From Actinomycetota bacterium (lineage in GTDB: Bacteria > Actinomycetota > Thermoleophilia > Gaiellales > Gaiellaceae), in contig JBKPRJ010000055.1 of the NCBI GenBank assembly GCA_046734455.1, forward strand, positions 14,151 through 78,150: a stretch of 64,000 nt of DNA, in the 5' to 3' direction. A program made the position numbers and the translations under genes. This document shows, piece after piece, positions 1-8,990 of this stretch; within the stretch, counting starts at the first letter, position 1, and each line of letters begins with the position of its first letter. The notes under the pieces are model-generated. The model was not told where the DNA came from and ran no database searches. It saw only the letters and a list, made by a program, of their open reading frames with translations.

Positions 1-122
1 AAGCACTCCGTCTCGACGAAGATCGGCTCGGCTCCCGCCGAGCGTACGCACTCCGCGATCGCGGGACCGGGAACGCCGTCCCGCTCACCGAGCGCGATCA
101 CCTTCTTGCCGTCGAGCTTCAT
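1..122 (-). CDS. grdA: Glycine/sarcosine/betaine reductase complex selenoprotein A (GrdA). Only the N-terminal ~40 codons are present; the gene runs off the left edge.
   Basis: Reverse translation from ATG 120-122 gives [40 protein letters not shown]. This matches the conserved GrdA N-terminus ([17 protein letters not shown]....TECFVU). The window ends about 2 codons before the expected Sec codon. The start overlaps the trx stop (ATGA). It is absent from the ORF track because it is truncated. Confidence 0.8.
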   Translation of the reverse strand, partial: MKLDGKKVIALGERDGVPGPAIAECVRSAGAEPIFVETEC

Positions 123-445
123 GCAGCGCCACCTCCTTTCAGCGTCGCGAATGCTTCCTCCACCTGCTCTCTCGAGACCTCGCCGGAGAGCCTCTCCAGC
201 TCCGCGCCGTCGCGCATCAAAATGTACGTCGGCAGGCCGAAGACGCGCAGCTCGCGGCAGACGTCGCGGTTCTGGGTCGAGTCGACCTTGACGACCTTGA
301 CGGCGCCTCCTGCCTGCTCCTCGAGGTCCTTGATCGCTGGCATCATCGCCAGGCAGGGCTGGCAGCGCGGGCCCCAGAAGTCGACGAAGACGCTTCCCTC
401 GCTCGTGAGCTCCTTGAAGGTCTCCGGTGTCGCGTCGACCGGCAT
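119..445 (-). CDS. Thioredoxin-family protein with an atypical CQPC active site
   Basis: 108-aa ORF with a thioredoxin fold. The active site is FWGPRCQPC instead of WCGPC. An SD-like GGAAGGAG lies just upstream. The stop overlaps the grdA start, the trx-grdA arrangement known from glycine reductase operons. Confidence 0.85.
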   Translation of the reverse strand: MPVDATPETFKELTSEGSVFVDFWGPRCQPCLAMMPAIKDLEEQAGGAVKVVKVDSTQNRDVCRELRVFGLPTYILMRDGAELERLSGEVSREQVEEAFATLKGGGAA

Positions 446-490
446 CCTCGCTCCTTCCCCTCGTTCCGGCTGACTGTGAAGGAGACAGTA

Positions 491-1849
491 CTAGGGCAGT
501 CCCTCACGGGCTACGCGTGCGACGAGCTTCGCGCTGTCGCGCACGCGGCGCTCGAGCGTGTCGAAGTCGACGTGCACGATGCCGAAGCGGTAGCTGTAGC
601 CGTGCGGCCACTCGAAGTTGTCGAGGAGCGACCAGACGAAGTAGCCGCGCAGCGGCAATCCGCGCTCGACAGCGGTCAGCGCCGCTTCGAAGTGACGCTC
701 GAGGAAGCTGACCCGGTCGGGATCGCACGTCGGATCGCGGACGTCGAGAGGATAGGCGGCGCCGTTTTCGGTCACGTAGATCGGCAGGTCGCCCGTGCGC
801 GACGCGGCGAACTCGAGCACCTCCAGGAGGCCGGCGGGATAGACCTCCCACCCCATTTCGGTCTGCTCGTGCCCGTCGGGCGAGGCGAGCGCCGGGAGGA
901 AGGGCGAGCGAACCAGGTGGCGGCAGTAGTAGTTGACGCCGAGGAAATCGATCGGGCTCGCGATCAGCTCCAGGTCGCCGTCTTGCACCTCGTCCCGATG
1001 CCAGCCCGCGGCCTGCACCGCTTCCTCGGGATAGCCGCGTCCGGCAATGGGATCGAGGTACCAGCGGTTGAGCCGGTCGTGGGCGACGATCGCGGCCTCC
1101 TGGTCGAGCATGTGCGGCGTGGCCGGATGCTTCGGATGGAAGTTGAGGACGATCCCGGCCTCGACGCCCGGGGCGGCCACCCGAATCGCCGCGACGGCCA
1201 GGCCGTGCGCGACGAGCAGGTGGTGCGCCGCTGCGAACGCCGCGTCGGGCTCGGTGCGCCCGGGCGCGTGCGTGCCGAGGCCGTAGCCGAGCTCGGCGAC
1301 GACGTAGGGCTCGTTGAGCGTGGCGATGTGGCGGACACGATCCCCGAGCCGCTCGGCCACGATTCCCGCGTAGCGGGCAAAGGCTTCCGCAGTCGCGCGG
1401 ACAGGCCAGCCGCCCGCATCCTCGAGGGCCTGCGGGAGATCCCAGTGGTAAAGCGTCGGGTAGGGCTCGATCCCGTGCTCCAGGAGCTCGTCCACCAAGC
1501 GGTCGTAGAAGTCGAGCCCGGCCTGGTTCACGGCACCGGATCCGTCGGGCACGACGCGCGGCCAGGCGATCGAGAAGCGGTACCCGTCGAGACCGAGCTC
1601 CGCCATGAGGGCGACGTCCTCGCGGTAGAGGTGGTAGTGGTCGCAGGCGACGTCGCCCGTGTCGCCGTTCCAGATCCGTCCGGGCGTGTGCGCGAAGCGG
1701 TCCCAGATGCTCTCGCCGCGCCCGTCGGCCGTGACCGCGCCTTCGATCTGGTACGACGCCGTCGCTGCTCCCCAGACGAATCCGGCGGGGAAGCGGCGGC
1801 CTCCGGCCGGCTCCCCTGCCTGCTCCGGGTCGAGAACTCCGCGGCTCAT
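491..1849 (-). CDS. GH1 beta-glucosidase (BglC-like)
   Basis: The real start is ATG 1847-1849, inside track ORF 491..2770 (452 aa). GH1 motifs are present: [23 protein letters not shown] (acid/base) and YVTENG (nucleophile). ATGA overlap with the upstream permease. Confidence 0.93.
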   Translation of the reverse strand: MSRGVLDPEQAGEPAGGRRFPAGFVWGAATASYQIEGAVTADGRGESIWDRFAHTPGRIWNGDTGDVACDHYHLYREDVALMAELGLDGYRFSIAWPRVVPDGSGAVNQAGLDFYDRLVDELLEHGIEPYPTLYHWDLPQALEDAGGWPVRATAEAFARYAGIVAERLGDRVRHIATLNEPYVVAELGYGLGTHAPGRTEPDAAFAAAHHLLVAHGLAVAAIRVAAPGVEAGIVLNFHPKHPATPHMLDQEAAIVAHDRLNRWYLDPIAGRGYPEEAVQAAGWHRDEVQDGDLELIASPIDFLGVNYYCRHLVRSPFLPALASPDGHEQTEMGWEVYPAGLLEVLEFAASRTGDLPIYVTENGAAYPLDVRDPTCDPDRVSFLERHFEAALTAVERGLPLRGYFVWSLLDNFEWPHGYSYRFGIVHVDFDTLERRVRDSAKLVARVAREGLP

Positions 1850-2709
1850 CCCTTCACGGCTCCTTCGAGGATTCCGCCCACGATCTGCTTGCCGAGGAGC
1901 GCGAACACGATGAGCACCGGCACCGTCCCGACGAGCGTGCCCGCGAGGATGATGGAGCGGTCGGGGACGTAGCCCTGTCCGAGGCTGTTGAGCGCGACCT
2001 GGACGGTCGGGTTCTGGCTGGAAAGCGCGATGATCGGCCAGAAGAAGTCGTTCCAGGCCGTGAGGAACGTCAGCATCCCGAGGACCGCCATCGCCGGGCG
2101 GGCGGTCGGGAGCACGATCGAGCGGAAGATGCGGAAGGTGGAGGCGCCGTCGACGACCGCGGCCTCGATGATCTCCGTGGGCAGCGCGCGGATCAGGTAC
2201 TGCCGCATGAAGACGACGCCGAACGCGCTGACGAGGGTCGGCAGGATCACGGCCTGCAGGTGGTTCACCCAGCCGAGCTTGGCGACGAGGATGAAGAGCG
2301 GGACGACGCCGAGCTGGGCCGGAACCATCATCGTCGCGAGGAGGATGATGAGCAGCGCTGTGCTCCCGCGGAAGCGGAGCTTCGCGAACGCAAACCCGGC
2401 GAGCGTGCAGAAGAAGACGGTCCCGAGCGCGATCGCCCCGGCGACGACGAGCGAGTTCAGGAGCGCCTTGAACATGTCGACCTGGTCGAGCGCTTCGCGG
2501 ATGTTGGAGAAGAGGTTTCCGCCGGGCGTGAGCGGAGGCGGCGTCTTCGAGATGTCCGCGTTCGTGCGCGACGCAGCAACGACCGTCCAGTAGAGCGGGA
2601 AGATCGCGAGCACCGTCGTCAGCGTGAGGATCACGTAGGTGAGCGGTCCTCCGCGGCGTTCCCCCACCCGGCGCCCGAAGAACCTGCGCGGGCTCGCGAC
2701 GGCGCTCAC
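1846..2709 (-). CDS. Carbohydrate ABC transporter permease (MalG/CebG-like)
   Basis: 287-aa multi-TM protein with an EAA loop (IIEAAVVDGASTFRIF). GTG start in a GTGA overlap with the upstream permease. Confidence 0.92.
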   Translation of the reverse strand: MSAVASPRRFFGRRVGERRGGPLTYVILTLTTVLAIFPLYWTVVAASRTNADISKTPPPLTPGGNLFSNIREALDQVDMFKALLNSLVVAGAIALGTVFFCTLAGFAFAKLRFRGSTALLIILLATMMVPAQLGVVPLFILVAKLGWVNHLQAVILPTLVSAFGVVFMRQYLIRALPTEIIEAAVVDGASTFRIFRSIVLPTARPAMAVLGMLTFLTAWNDFFWPIIALSSQNPTVQVALNSLGQGYVPDRSIILAGTLVGTVPVLIVFALLGKQIVGGILEGAVKG

Positions 2710-3713
2710 GCCGGCCTCCCCTTCCGGCCGAGCGTGAACGCGCTCCTGCCGCGCGCCGCGAGCAGCGCATTGATCCCGACCGCCACGATGATGATCAGGA
2801 ACATCGTCCAGGCCGTCGCGGCGGCACGGCCGAGCTGGAAGTTGAACCAGCCCTGCTCGTAGAGAAGGAGGCCCAGGGTCTGGTACTGGTGGTCGGCGCC
2901 GCCCGAGTGGCCGCCGGCTCCGCCGAAGAGGAGAGGCTCGCCGAAGAGCTGGGTCGCTCCGATCGTCGAGATGATGATCGTGAAGACGATCGTCGGCCAG
3001 ATGCCCGGGACGGTGACGTGGCGGAACTGGTGCCAGCGAGTCGCGCCGTCAACCTCCGCCGCTTCATAGAGGTCTTTCGGGACCGCCTGCATCGCCGCGA
3101 GGTAGATGAGCGCGTTGTAGCCCGTCCAGCGCCACGTGACGATCGTCGAGATCGCGATCTGCGACGACCAGCGTCCGCTCTCCCAGTCGACGTTGTCGAA
3201 GCCGAGGAGGCCGAGGAACGAGTTGATGAGGCCGAAGTCGCGGCCGAACAGCATGGCGAAGACGATGGTGGCGGCCGCAACCGAGGTCGCATACGGCATG
3301 AGGAGCGAGACGCGCCAGAAGGTCGATCCCCGCACCTTGCAGTCGAGGGCGTAGGCGAGCCCGAGCGCCATCAACAGCTGCGGGACCGTCGAGATGACGC
3401 CGATCGTGAACGTGTTCGTGAGGGCGTTCCAGAAGCGGTCGTCGTGGAAGAGCCGCGTGTAGTTGTCGAGCCCGACCCACTCCATCTCGTCGGTGTTCTG
3501 GAGCGTGACGCTGTGGAGCGAGACCCACGCGGTGTAGACGAGAGGGAAGAGCCCGAAGGCAATGAAGAGGAGGAAGAAGGGCGAGACGTACGCGTACGGA
3601 GAGAAGCGCTGGTCGAACCTCGTCAGCCGCATGCGCCACGGCCGCGGTGCCGCCGGGTCAGCGCGGAGGGCGACTGCCGCGGCGAGCTCGGTATCGGTGC
3701 TGGTCTTCGCCAC
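2706..3713 (-). CDS. Carbohydrate ABC transporter permease (MalF/CebF-like)
   Basis: 335-aa ORF with TM helices and an EAA loop (YEAAEVDGATRWHQF). The start is GTG 3713, or alternatively ATG 3632. Confidence 0.9.
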   Translation of the reverse strand: MAKTSTDTELAAAVALRADPAAPRPWRMRLTRFDQRFSPYAYVSPFFLLFIAFGLFPLVYTAWVSLHSVTLQNTDEMEWVGLDNYTRLFHDDRFWNALTNTFTIGVISTVPQLLMALGLAYALDCKVRGSTFWRVSLLMPYATSVAAATIVFAMLFGRDFGLINSFLGLLGFDNVDWESGRWSSQIAISTIVTWRWTGYNALIYLAAMQAVPKDLYEAAEVDGATRWHQFRHVTVPGIWPTIVFTIIISTIGATQLFGEPLLFGGAGGHSGGADHQYQTLGLLLYEQGWFNFQLGRAAATAWTMFLIIIVAVGINALLAARGRSAFTLGRKGRPA

Positions 3714-3793
3714 GTAGCTGGATGGGCGTCCGGCGGCTCCCGACGATACAGCCGGGAGCCGCCGGTGAGGAGGTCAGGATCGCCCGCGGTGCG

Positions 3794-5125
3794 TCATCCG
3801 ATGGCGCTCGCGATCTCGTCCATGGTCTTCTGCCAGGCGGTGTCGGGGTCCTCGCCCTGCTGGTCCACTCGCAGGAGACCGTTCGAGATCGTGTCCTTGA
3901 TGACGCCGTCTTTCGGCCCGAGGGTCGCGACGGTGAGATTGTCGGCGGACTCCTTGAAGAGCTCGCCCACGGGCGCGTTCGAGAAGTACTCGTCCGTGGC
4001 GGCCGCGACGGCATCGTCCTCGGCCGCGGTCGAGCTCGACGGGAAGTGCTGCGCCTGCGTCCACATCTTCACCTGCTGCTCGGGGGCGGTCAGCCACTGG
4101 ATCAGGTCGTACGCCTCCTGCTGGTGCTCGCTGGCGGTTGGGATGGCGAGATACGAGCCGCCCCAGTTTCCGCCCCCGCCCGGGATGGGAGCGACGTCCC
4201 ACTTGCCCGAGCCGGTGTCGCCGGCCTGGCCCTTGATGTAGCCGATCATCCAGGCGGGGCAGGCGATCGTCGCGAAGCGTCCGTTGGCAAACGCCTGGTT
4301 CCACGGCTGGTCGAACTGCTTGAGCTTTGCGGTCAGCCCGGCCTGGATCGCCGAGACCGCGAGGTCCCACGCGTCCTTGACAGCCGGGTTCGTGTCGTAG
4401 ATCGGGTTGCCTTCCGTGTCGTAGTACTGGGTCTCCGACTGGCCGATGATGGCGTTGTAGTAGCCGGAGGCGCTGTCCATGAACGCGGAGTTGTCGGGCG
4501 CGTTCGCCGCGTACTGCTTGCCGACCTCGATGAAGTCGGGCCACGTCTGCCACATCGACGCGAGCTCGTCGCGGTCGGTCGGCAGCCCGGCCTTCTTGAA
4601 GAGATCCGTCCGGTAGCAGATCGCGAGGGGGCCGGTATCGGTGCCGAGCCCGACGACCGCGCCGTCGGGGCTCGTGGCCGCCTCCCACTTCCACGGGAAG
4701 AAGGTGCTCTGGAGATCGTCCGCGCCGAGATCGCGCAAGTCGACGAACTTGTCCGCCTGCGTCTGCGTCACCTCGGCGATGCGCGCGACTTCGATGCCCT
4801 GGATGTCGGAGAGGCCGGCGCCGCCGGCGAGATGAGTCTGCAAAGCCTGGTAGTAGTCCTGCTCGAACTCGATGCTCGTCTCCTTGATGGTGACGTTCGG
4901 GTGGAGCGTCATGTACTCGTCGTACAGCCCGGCTTCCTTGTAGCCGAACGTGCCGAAGAGCCCGACGGTCAGCGTCACCTTCTCGCTGCTCGCCGACGCA
5001 GTCTCCGACCCACCGGACACCGCGTCGTCGCCTCCGCAGCCGAGGGCCGCCAGCACCAGGCCGGCAGCGACCGCGAGCAACGAAACGACGCGCGCCCACG
5101 TCGATGCCTGCAACGGTTTCAGCAT
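3794..5125 (-). CDS. Sugar ABC transporter substrate-binding lipoprotein (CebE-like)
   Basis: Real start is ATG 5123-5125 with SD GAGGAGG upstream. The lipoprotein signal is MLKPLQASTWARVVSLLAVAAGLVLAALGCGGDD. The rest resembles a family-1 solute-binding protein. Confidence 0.9.
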   Translation of the reverse strand: MLKPLQASTWARVVSLLAVAAGLVLAALGCGGDDAVSGGSETASASSEKVTLTVGLFGTFGYKEAGLYDEYMTLHPNVTIKETSIEFEQDYYQALQTHLAGGAGLSDIQGIEVARIAEVTQTQADKFVDLRDLGADDLQSTFFPWKWEAATSPDGAVVGLGTDTGPLAICYRTDLFKKAGLPTDRDELASMWQTWPDFIEVGKQYAANAPDNSAFMDSASGYYNAIIGQSETQYYDTEGNPIYDTNPAVKDAWDLAVSAIQAGLTAKLKQFDQPWNQAFANGRFATIACPAWMIGYIKGQAGDTGSGKWDVAPIPGGGGNWGGSYLAIPTASEHQQEAYDLIQWLTAPEQQVKMWTQAQHFPSSSTAAEDDAVAAATDEYFSNAPVGELFKESADNLTVATLGPKDGVIKDTISNGLLRVDQQGEDPDTAWQKTMDEIASAIG

Positions 5126-5190
5126 CTGAACCTCCTCGAAGAATCCGCGCGGGAGCCCGTTGGCTCGACCGCCCGAAGCGCTCGATAAGA

Positions 5191-5219
5191 TGTAAGCGCT
5201 TTCATTGGAAGCGCTTACA
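5191..5219. promoter_or_regulatory. Pair of LacI-type palindromic operators (CebR-box-like)
   Basis: TGTAAGCGCTTTCA (5191-5204) and TGGAAGCGCTTACA (5206-5219) each centre on GCGC. Together they form an 11-bp perfect inverted repeat, TGTAAGCGCTT/AAGCGCTTACA. They lie between the divergent binding-protein gene and the LacI gene. Confidence 0.6.
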
Positions 5220-6296
5220 TTACACTGCAAGCGACGACGTGTAAAGGAGGCGGAGATCAAGAAGGCGGAGCAGCATTCCCACGGGGGCCGGTCCCTCCCG
5301 ACGATCGCCGAGGTGGCACGGCTCGCGACCGTCTCGACGGCGACGGTGTCGCGTGTGGTCAACGGGTCCCCCAACGTGCGGCCCACGACGCGGGACGCCG
5401 TCCTCGATGCGATCGACCAGCTCGGCTACACGCCCAATCGCGCCGCCCGCACGCTGGTCACTCGGCGGACGGACACGATCGCCCTCGTCGTCTCCGAGTC
5501 CGAGACGCGCGTCTTCTCCGACCCCTTCTTCCCGAGCATCGTCCGCGGCGTCTCGGCCGCGCTCGCGCACACCGAGCTCCAGCTCCTGCTCCTCATGGCC
5601 CGCGACGACAGGGAGCATGCGAAGGTCGAGCGCTACGTGCGCCAGGGGCACGTCGACGGCGTCATTCTCATGTCGCTGCACGGGGACGATCCCCTGCCGA
5701 AAACGCTCCCCCGGCTCGGCGTGCCGACGGTGCTCGTGGGCAGGCCGAAGAGCGACGAACGCCTCCCCTGGGTGGATGCGGACAACCGCGGCGGCGCCCG
5801 GGCCGCGACGGGACGACTGCTCTCCGGCGGGAGGAAGAGCGTCGCGACGATCACGGGGCCTCTCGACATGACGGTGAGCGTCGATCGCTTCGACGGCTAT
5901 CGCGACGCCCTGCGGGCAGCGGGACGGCGCTACCGGAAGAGCCTCGTCGCCCACGGCGACTTCGGCAAGGAATCCGGCGCGCGCGGCATCCGGGAGCTCG
6001 CCCAGCGCGTGCCCGACATGGACGCCGTGTTCGTCGCCAACGACCCGATGGCGATCGGCGCACTCGAGGCGCTGCGCTCCCTCGGCCGGCGCGTCCCGGA
6101 CGACGTCGCGGTCATCGGCTTCGACGACATCGCCGAGGCCGCCCTCACCGACCCTCCGCTGACCACCGTCAGCCAGCCCCTCGAGCAGATGACGAACGCG
6201 CTCGCGGAGCTCCTCCTCAGGCGCATCAGCCGCCTCGGTGATGCGGAGGAGTCGGTCGTCGTGCCGACCCAGCTCGTCGCACGCGCATCGGCCTAG
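5205..6296 (+). CDS. LacI-family transcriptional repressor (CebR-like)
   Basis: The HTH is PTIAEVARLATVSTATVSRVVNG, followed by a periplasmic-binding-fold effector domain. The start is uncertain. The track start is TTG 5205, inside the operator. An SD (AAGGAGG, 5244-5250) is followed in frame only by ATC 5256. Confidence 0.88.
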   Translation: MEALTLHCKRRRVKEAEIKKAEQHSHGGRSLPTIAEVARLATVSTATVSRVVNGSPNVRPTTRDAVLDAIDQLGYTPNRAARTLVTRRTDTIALVVSESETRVFSDPFFPSIVRGVSAALAHTELQLLLLMARDDREHAKVERYVRQGHVDGVILMSLHGDDPLPKTLPRLGVPTVLVGRPKSDERLPWVDADNRGGARAATGRLLSGGRKSVATITGPLDMTVSVDRFDGYRDALRAAGRRYRKSLVAHGDFGKESGARGIRELAQRVPDMDAVFVANDPMAIGALEALRSLGRRVPDDVAVIGFDDIAEAALTDPPLTTVSQPLEQMTNALAELLLRRISRLGDAEESVVVPTQLVARASA

Positions 6297-6304
6297 CGGC
6301 TGCG

Positions 6305-7612
6305 CTAGCGAGACGGTTCGAGCAGGACCGACATGCCGTCGGCCAGCTCCGTCATGCGGCCGAGAAACAGCGATCCCTTGGCGACCAGCATCGTCGAGTC
6401 GATCTCGCCGGCGCGGAGCGCCTCGAGACCGTGTGGTAGCCAAGGCACGGCCGAGGCGACGTGGCCCTGCGTCGGCGAGAAGCCGGGCAGGCCGCGCTCG
6501 CGCTCGAAGCCGTCCAGCTGCTCACGCGGGAGCTCTCCTCGCTTGACCGCCAGTGCGGCGATGAGCTTGTAGTTGCGCTGCGGCACGTTGCCCGCCCCCG
6601 CCGGTTCGGTGATCTCCGGGTCGTGGAGCTCGGTCGCGTACCGGTCGACGTCGAGGATCCCGCGGCCGAGGCGCCCGAGCGGTTCGACGACGAGGTCTTC
6701 GAGAACCGCCTGCTGCGCCGAGCCCGAGCCGACGCGGTGGCGTCCGACGGCGTCGAGGCGGATCGTCGCGGCGCCATCCTCTACGGGGCCCACGAGAATC
6801 GCGAGGCCGGCGAGGACGTCCTCGAGGACAGGCACGTCGTTGCGCAGCGCGCCGGCGAACTTCATGCCGAGCTTGGCGAGCGAGCCTCCTGCGACGACCG
6901 CCACGTGCTCGTACACGCCTGAACTGACGAGCGAGGCTGCGACGACGAGCGCGTGGATCGGGCCCGCGCAGAAGGCCTTGACATCGGAGCCGGACGCGTT
7001 GACGCAGCCGGCTTGCTCGGCGATCGCCTTGCCGAGATTGCCGCCGCCGCGCTGGTAGCGGTCGCCCACCGCCTCCTCGCCGCAGCCGATCGCGTACGCA
7101 AGTTCCTCGGCGGGGAAGCCGGTGCGGGTCAGGAGGTGCTCGAGCGCGACGGCGCCGGTCGCCTTGCAGGCGAGGTTCTCGAGCAGGACGCTGGCCGAGA
7201 GGCTCTCGTCGAGCTCGTGGGCACGGTCCATGACACCCGCTCGGCTGCCGTTGCGGTAGAGAGGAAGCGCGCCGTCGGCGGCCTCGCGCCCATCCAGGTG
7301 GAGGAGCTGGAACTGGTCCGCGGCGGCCATGCGCGAGTAGAGCTCGTCCTGGTCGACGAAGACGCCGAACGGGCCCTCGGCTTTCGGCTCGGCGGGATGG
7401 CGCCACCACGGGCGCTCCGTCTCCCAGAGCGCGTCCGGCGAGAGGTTGCCGATGAAGACCTGGTGCGGCGGGTAGCCGAGCGCCTCGTCGAACGTACGGA
7501 GGGCCAGCTTGATCTCATCGGCGGCGTGCTCCCGGGCCGGCTTCGATCCGTGGCGGACGAGGTCGGGCGCGTGGGCGAGAACGAGGCTGCAGCCGTGGAC
7601 GGCGGCGCTCAC
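6305..7612 (-). CDS. Glycine/sarcosine/betaine reductase component C beta-subunit-like protein (GrdC-like, thiolase-type fold)
   Basis: Preferred start is GTG 7610-7612 with GGAAGGG 8 nt upstream; the track start 7654 is an alternative. The N-terminus (LVLAHAPDLVRHGSKP...LRTFDEALGYPPHQVFIGNL...RPWW) resembles GrdC N-termini as I remember them. The central block DVKAFCAGPIHALVVAASLVSSGVYEHVAVVAGGS is thiolase-like. The family call is from memory, not searched. Confidence 0.7.
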   Translation of the reverse strand: MSAAVHGCSLVLAHAPDLVRHGSKPAREHAADEIKLALRTFDEALGYPPHQVFIGNLSPDALWETERPWWRHPAEPKAEGPFGVFVDQDELYSRMAAADQFQLLHLDGREAADGALPLYRNGSRAGVMDRAHELDESLSASVLLENLACKATGAVALEHLLTRTGFPAEELAYAIGCGEEAVGDRYQRGGGNLGKAIAEQAGCVNASGSDVKAFCAGPIHALVVAASLVSSGVYEHVAVVAGGSLAKLGMKFAGALRNDVPVLEDVLAGLAILVGPVEDGAATIRLDAVGRHRVGSGSAQQAVLEDLVVEPLGRLGRGILDVDRYATELHDPEITEPAGAGNVPQRNYKLIAALAVKRGELPREQLDGFERERGLPGFSPTQGHVASAVPWLPHGLEALRAGEIDSTMLVAKGSLFLGRMTELADGMSVLLEPSR

Positions 7613-7718
7613 CGGCCGCGCCCTTCCGGCTCGTTCTCGGCACATTCCACGCACCTCGCTCGCGATTTACGGCGATACGATCGAGGTGGGTGGAGGCATG
7701 GGGTGGCCGAGGAAACGG

Positions 7719-8990
7719 TCACTCGTCGACCTCCCAGACGGTGGTCGCCTCGACGTCTGTCTCGAGCATGTCGAGTGCGCGCTCCACGATCCGCCGCCGC
7801 TCCTCCTCGTCGAGCCCGAACGGATGCGTGATCGCCGGACCGCGCACGATGCGGTTCGCTCCGATCATCGTGGCAACGGTCGGAAGCGACGTCACGTAGA
7901 CCGCCGGTATTCCCGCCCGCTCGATCTCCTTCGCCAGCACTGCCCCGCAGCGCGTGCCCGTCCCTCAGGTGCCGGAGAGGAGGACGGCTTGTACGCCCGC
8001 GTCGCGAAGCTCGCCCGCGATCTCCTGCCCGAATTTCGTCGCGACGACGACGGGCGTGCCGTTCCCCGTCGTCGTGTAGAGCGACTCGTGGACGCGGCCC
8101 ACGCGCCCAGCGCGCTCGAGGCCGCGAACCGTGTCGAGCGGGACGAGCCGGTTCGGATCCTCGTTCGCGAGGGTGACGTCGAAGCCGCCGTGCACCGACT
8201 CGTACCGGCCCGACGCGAGTGTCTCGGCGCCGCCGAGGTCGTAGCGGAACCAGCCCTGCGCACGCACGGACTGAAGGTGGTCCGGATTTCCCTGCGGCAC
8301 ACACCCGGCCTCGGTCACGAGCGCCACGAGCGCGGACGACAGGTCGGCAACCGGAGGCGGCGGCTCGACGCGGTCCATGTCTCCGCCGACCTCGGTTCGC
8401 GTCTCGCCGGCGAGCTTCGCAAGGAGGAGCCCGACCGCGCGCTCGGCGCCGGTCTTCTCGGCGAAATAGTTGCGCCGGAACCCGCGCACGAGGTAGCCCT
8501 CCTCGTCGGCCGAGCCGAGCTCGCGGCCCGACGCGAGCGCGGAGGTAAGAGCCCCGAGCCGCGGGAGAGCGTCGCGCATCCCGGCAACGTTCACGGCCGT
8601 CGGGACGACGTAGGCGGCACCTGCCTCCCCCACACCCGGGTTCTCCTCGTGCATGGCCGCGACGGCCGGAATTCCCCGCTCGGCGGCGGCCGCGGCGAGC
8701 CGCGCACATGCGTAGCCGTATCGGCCGGAGCCGAACGCCGGCCCGGCGACGAGGACGTCCGGTTCGTGCTCGGCCAGCATCTCGAGCAGCGTCGCCAAAG
8801 CCTCCTCCTCGTGCTCGGCGAAGTAGTCGTCCCCGCAGGCGAGCGTCGCGACGATCTCGACGCCTTGGAGCTCGGCGGCGAGCCCGCGCCCGGGCCCGAC
8901 CGCTCCCTCGAGCCGCGTCGGCGGCGTCTCGGCCTGCTCCTCCCCGCCCAGGCCGGCGAAGAACTGGTTCAGGTAGTGGACGGCCTTCAC
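7719..8990 (-). CDS. Glycine/sarcosine/betaine/D-proline reductase family selenoprotein B (GrdB/GrdF/GrdH-like), with in-frame UGA (Sec) at 7965-7967
   Basis: Track ORFs 7965..9278 and 7719..7940 share one frame, and TGA 7965-7967 is the only interruption. The start is GTG 8988-8990 (VKAVHYLNQFFAGLGGEE) in a GTGA overlap with the upstream gene. Read-through gives LLSGT-U-GTGTRCGAVLAKEIERAGIPAVYVTS, the family Sec block. The product is 423 codons with Sec at about residue 342. Confidence 0.85.
7937..7967 (-). other. Sec UGA codon plus candidate SECIS hairpin
   Basis: UGA lies at 7965-7967. A hairpin, GCGCUGC-GGG-GCAGUGC (7 bp including one G-U, G-rich apical loop), spans 7937-7953 and starts 11 nt after the UGA. 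Confidence 0.55.
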
